From: Gilvibacter sp.
GTDB taxonomy: Bacteria; Bacteroidota; Bacteroidia; Flavobacteriales; Flavobacteriaceae
Direction: 5' to 3'
Length of the DNA: 64,000 bases
Assembly: GCA_965277295.1 (NCBI GenBank)
Contig: OZ255720.1
Location: forward strand, 215,376 to 279,375
Below, piece after piece: positions 61,275 through 64,000 of the stretch (positions within the stretch are counted from its first letter, which is position 1; each line of letters opens with the position of its first letter). A model generated the notes under the pieces. The model was not told the origin of the DNA. It worked only from the letters and a program-made list of their open reading frames with translations, and made no database searches. Both the position numbers and the translations under genes were made by a program.

Positions 61275-62042
61275 CTAATTAGCAAATTTGCGCTTTAAAC
61301 GCCCCCATTTATAAGCAAGGTAGGGATACTTTAGTCTAAAATTAAGCTTTCCCTGTTTGCCAAACAAAAGGGCTAAATCGGCAAAAGGAGCTATAGTCCA
61401 TTTACGTTTTTCTACAAAATTGTAATCTAAATACGCTAAATCTTTTTTGTAAAACCAAGCAACCATTGACTTTCTTTTTCTAGTGTAGAAAAATGAATAA
61501 TGCGGCAGCTTTTTGTTGTTTACATTGCTGTGCTGGCTAAAAAAATTAGCGGGTAAATTAAGGTCTTTTATAACCTTAGTAAATCCCTGTTGAATGTCTT
61601 CCATTCTAATAATACAATCGTAATCTATTGGGTTGCCGTCTAAGTGCAAATAGTCGTATTGCAGGGTTAAATGATCTCCCATATAGTCGCTATTAAGGGC
61701 ATTTAACCGCGCTTTAAAAGGGCCTGCCTTTTGTAGAAAATTAGAAAACGAACCGTAAACTCCAGTATTGAGCATAACCCAAGGATAATCTGAATAGGCT
61801 CTGGCAAACGGATTTCTTACAATAATAAATTTATAATACGAATCCCACTGGGGTTTTGTAACTAAACCAGATGCTAGCAGCTGTTTTGGCGTTGCGTGCT
61901 GCATGTGCAATTTAAACTCGCTGTTCCAACCATAGCCCATTACAGGATCCAATTGATTGGTCATGCCGAATGCTTCTTCTACAGTTGTACCTGCACATTT
62001 AGAAATATGTATAAAAATGCATTTATGTTTATGACTAACCAT
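61275..62042 (-). CDS. Sulfotransferase family 2 (CHST/HNK-1ST-like)
   Basis: FIHI.KCAGTT, VRNP..R..S.Y, H...Q, YD..IR.E, Y..D...L.Y. Confidence 0.85.
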   Translation of the reverse strand: MVSHKHKCIFIHISKCAGTTVEEAFGMTNQLDPVMGYGWNSEFKLHMQHATPKQLLASGLVTKPQWDSYYKFIIVRNPFARAYSDYPWVMLNTGVYGSFSNFLQKAGPFKARLNALNSDYMGDHLTLQYDYLHLDGNPIDYDCIIRMEDIQQGFTKVIKDLNLPANFFSQHSNVNNKKLPHYSFFYTRKRKSMVAWFYKKDLAYLDYNFVEKRKWTIAPFADLALLFGKQGKLNFRLKYPYLAYKWGRLKRKFAN

Positions 62043-62090
62043 AATCGGGTTCTAAATACTAAACTCGTTCCAAAAAATACGACAGCGAGT

Positions 62091-63074
62091 CTAGGAATTC
62101 ACAAAATGCTGCCACGTAATTGCCAGGCCTTGTTCTACACTAAATGTAGGATTATAGTCCAACAATTGTTGGGCCTTGCCAATATTTGCCAGCGAATCTT
62201 TTACATCGCCCTTGCGAGTTGCTGTAAACTCAGGTTCTAACGTAGCCCCCGAAGTTTCTTTAAGCGCATTCCATAAATCCAACACGCTAATGCGCTCCCC
62301 ACAAGCTACATTAAACACTTGATTATTAGCTTGCTCTGGAGCAAAAAATGCTCGAACGTTGGCTTGCACTGCATTTTCTACAAAAGTAAAATCGCGGGTT
62401 TGTGAGCCATTACCGTGAATAGTAGGTGCTTGCTTGGTTTTAATCGCTTCCATAAACAAAGGAATTACCGCTGCATACGCCCCATTTGGGCTTTGCTTTG
62501 GCCCAAAAACATTAAAATAGCGCAGGCCTATTGTTTTGGTTCCATAGGTTTTAAAAAAGACGTCTGCATATATTTCGTTAACAAGTTTTGTCACGGCATA
62601 AGGCGATAATGGCTTGCCAATTTGATCTTCTACTTTTGGCAATATTTTACTATCGCCATAGGTAGAGCTAGAGGCAGCATACACCATTTTACGAACACTA
62701 CTTGCATTGTTTTGTGCAACCAACATATTTAAAAATCCAGAAACGTTTACTTGGTTGGACGTAATTGGGTTATTTATAGATCGTGGAACAGACCCCAAAG
62801 CCGCTTGGTGGGACACAAAATCGATGCCTACCATGGCCTTGTTGCAGGTTTCTAAATCGCGAATATCCCCTTCTATAAATTCAAAATTAGGATGCTCTAG
62901 AAAGGGAGTAATATTCTCTTTATACCCATTAGAAAGGTTATCCAGAACACGCACATGCTTAGCGTTGTACTTTAATAAATAGGCAACTAAATTCGAACCT
63001 ATAAATCCGGCGCCACCAGTTACTAAAAAACTATACCTACTTAATGGCTCTGTATGATACGTTGTTGTGAACAT
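62091..63074 (-). CDS. UDP-GlcNAc(A) C4-epimerase (WbpP/TviC-like SDR)
   Basis: GGAGFIG, HQAALGSVPRS, YAASSS.YGD, SPYAVTK, YFNVFG..Q.PNGAYAAVIP. Confidence 0.9.
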   Translation of the reverse strand: MFTTTYHTEPLSRYSFLVTGGAGFIGSNLVAYLLKYNAKHVRVLDNLSNGYKENITPFLEHPNFEFIEGDIRDLETCNKAMVGIDFVSHQAALGSVPRSINNPITSNQVNVSGFLNMLVAQNNASSVRKMVYAASSSTYGDSKILPKVEDQIGKPLSPYAVTKLVNEIYADVFFKTYGTKTIGLRYFNVFGPKQSPNGAYAAVIPLFMEAIKTKQAPTIHGNGSQTRDFTFVENAVQANVRAFFAPEQANNQVFNVACGERISVLDLWNALKETSGATLEPEFTATRKGDVKDSLANIGKAQQLLDYNPTFSVEQGLAITWQHFVNS

Positions 63075-64000
63075 TATAATCTGCCGTCTACTTGATTATG
63101 GGGTAAAAACGATTTAACATCGTATACAATCCCTTGGTCGGTTGTTAATCCTGCTATATCTAAATCTTTAAATGCGCTATGGGCTACCGCCAAAATAACA
63201 GTATCGTATTTTTTATTTATACTTTTTAAGTCCGTAAATACGTCACGATTAAATTCTTGATGCACCTCTTGTTTACTTACCCAAGGGTCGTAAATATCTA
63301 CGTTTATATGGTATTTTTCTAGCTCCTGGATAACATCTATAACTCGTGTATTCCTAATATCTGGGCAATTCTCTTTAAAAGTAACTCCTAAAATTAAGGC
63401 ATTGGCATCTTTAATTTTGGCCTCTTTTGCTATCATTATTCTAACTACTTCTTGAGCCACATAAGCGCCCATGCCATCGTTCATTCTTCTACCTGCCAAT
63501 ATAATTTCTGGGTCGTAACCCTCGGTAATTGCCTTTTGAGCTAAATAATAAGGATCTACTCCTATACAATGCCCTCCAACCAAACCAGGAGTAAATCGAA
63601 TAAAATTCCACTTTGTAGCAGCTGCCTCTAATACTGCGGCTGTATCTATATCTAGAATTCTAAAAATCTTAGACAGTTCGTTTACAAAAGCAATATTAAT
63701 ATCGCGTTGTGAATTCTCTATAACCTTGGCAGCCTCGGCCACTTTTATTGATGGTGCCCTATGCGTACCTGCCAATATTACAGATGCGTACACTTGGTCA
63801 ATGTGTTTAGCGGCCTCTTGGGTAGAACCCGAGGTTACCTTTAAAATATTGGTAACGGTATGTTTTTTATCTCCTGGGTTTATACGTTCGGGAGAATAGC
63901 CTACATAAAAATCTTTATTAAAGGTTAATCCCGATTCCTTTTCTAGAATGGGAACACATACCTCTTCTGTAGCACCAGGGTATACGGTAGATTCGTAAAC
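63074..64000 (-). CDS. UDP-N-acetylhexosamine 6-dehydrogenase (WbpO/TviB-like), 5' end outside window
   Basis: Frame open to 64000: YESTVYPG, YSPER.NPGD, KVIEN.QRD, PGLVGGHCI.VDP, G.TFKEN.PD.RN. Confidence 0.93.
   Translation of the reverse strand, partial: VYESTVYPGATEEVCVPILEKESGLTFNKDFYVGYSPERINPGDKKHTVTNILKVTSGSTQEAAKHIDQVYASVILAGTHRAPSIKVAEAAKVIENSQRDINIAFVNELSKIFRILDIDTAAVLEAAATKWNFIRFTPGLVGGHCIGVDPYYLAQKAITEGYDPEIILAGRRMNDGMGAYVAQEVVRIMIAKEAKIKDANALILGVTFKENCPDIRNTRVIDVIQELEKYHINVDIYDPWVSKQEVHQEFNRDVFTDLKSINKKYDTVILAVAHSAFKDLDIAGLTTDQGIVYDVKSFLPHNQVDGRL

Noticed and set aside
442-62982. Many short ORFs antisense to or overlapping long genes (e.g. 442..801, 1916..2242, 13292..13651, 59055..59435)
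   Set aside because: All lie opposite or within well-supported genes, show no family motifs, and are expected shadow ORFs.
1-64000. CRISPR arrays, IS/transposases, integrases, tRNA/rRNA, UpxY/UpxZ antitermination genes
   Set aside because: None recognised; intergenic gaps are all under 200 nt and show no repeat arrays.

Overview
AT-rich Bacteroidota DNA, most likely a marine Flavobacteriaceae chromosome (inferred from a T9SS C-terminal domain, a PorV-like gene, TAnnTTTG promoters and typical gene order). Bases 1-24989 are ordinary core genes: pyrD, pepT, yajC, nusB, Leu dehydrogenase, ABC exporter, M14 peptidase, SulP, PPIase, recQ, kdsD, tatC, lptB, TerC, pssA, PorV-like and DUF4105/Lnb. 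Bases 24995-64000 are one glycan locus of over 39 kb, almost all on the minus strand and continuing past the window end. It holds about 19 glycosyltransferases, an initiating phosphoglycosyltransferase, an O-antigen ligase-family protein, Wzm/Wzt, a Neisseria-type neuABC sialic acid pathway, a GDP-mannose 3,5-epimerase homologue, a VioA/WbqC/acyltransferase module, a methyltransferase and four divergent sulfotransferases. The best candidate for an undescribed system is an ABC-exported, multiply sulfated, sialylated and possibly L-galactose-containing surface glycan. Notable anomalies: an in-frame amber stop in the orphan GT next to neuC (the likely sialyltransferase), a lone inverted sulfotransferase flanked by micro-repeats, a GT4 lacking a canonical start codon, and a low-GC cassette. 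No tRNA, rRNA, CRISPR array or IS element was seen. All family assignments come from motif recognition and recalled homologues, not database searches.
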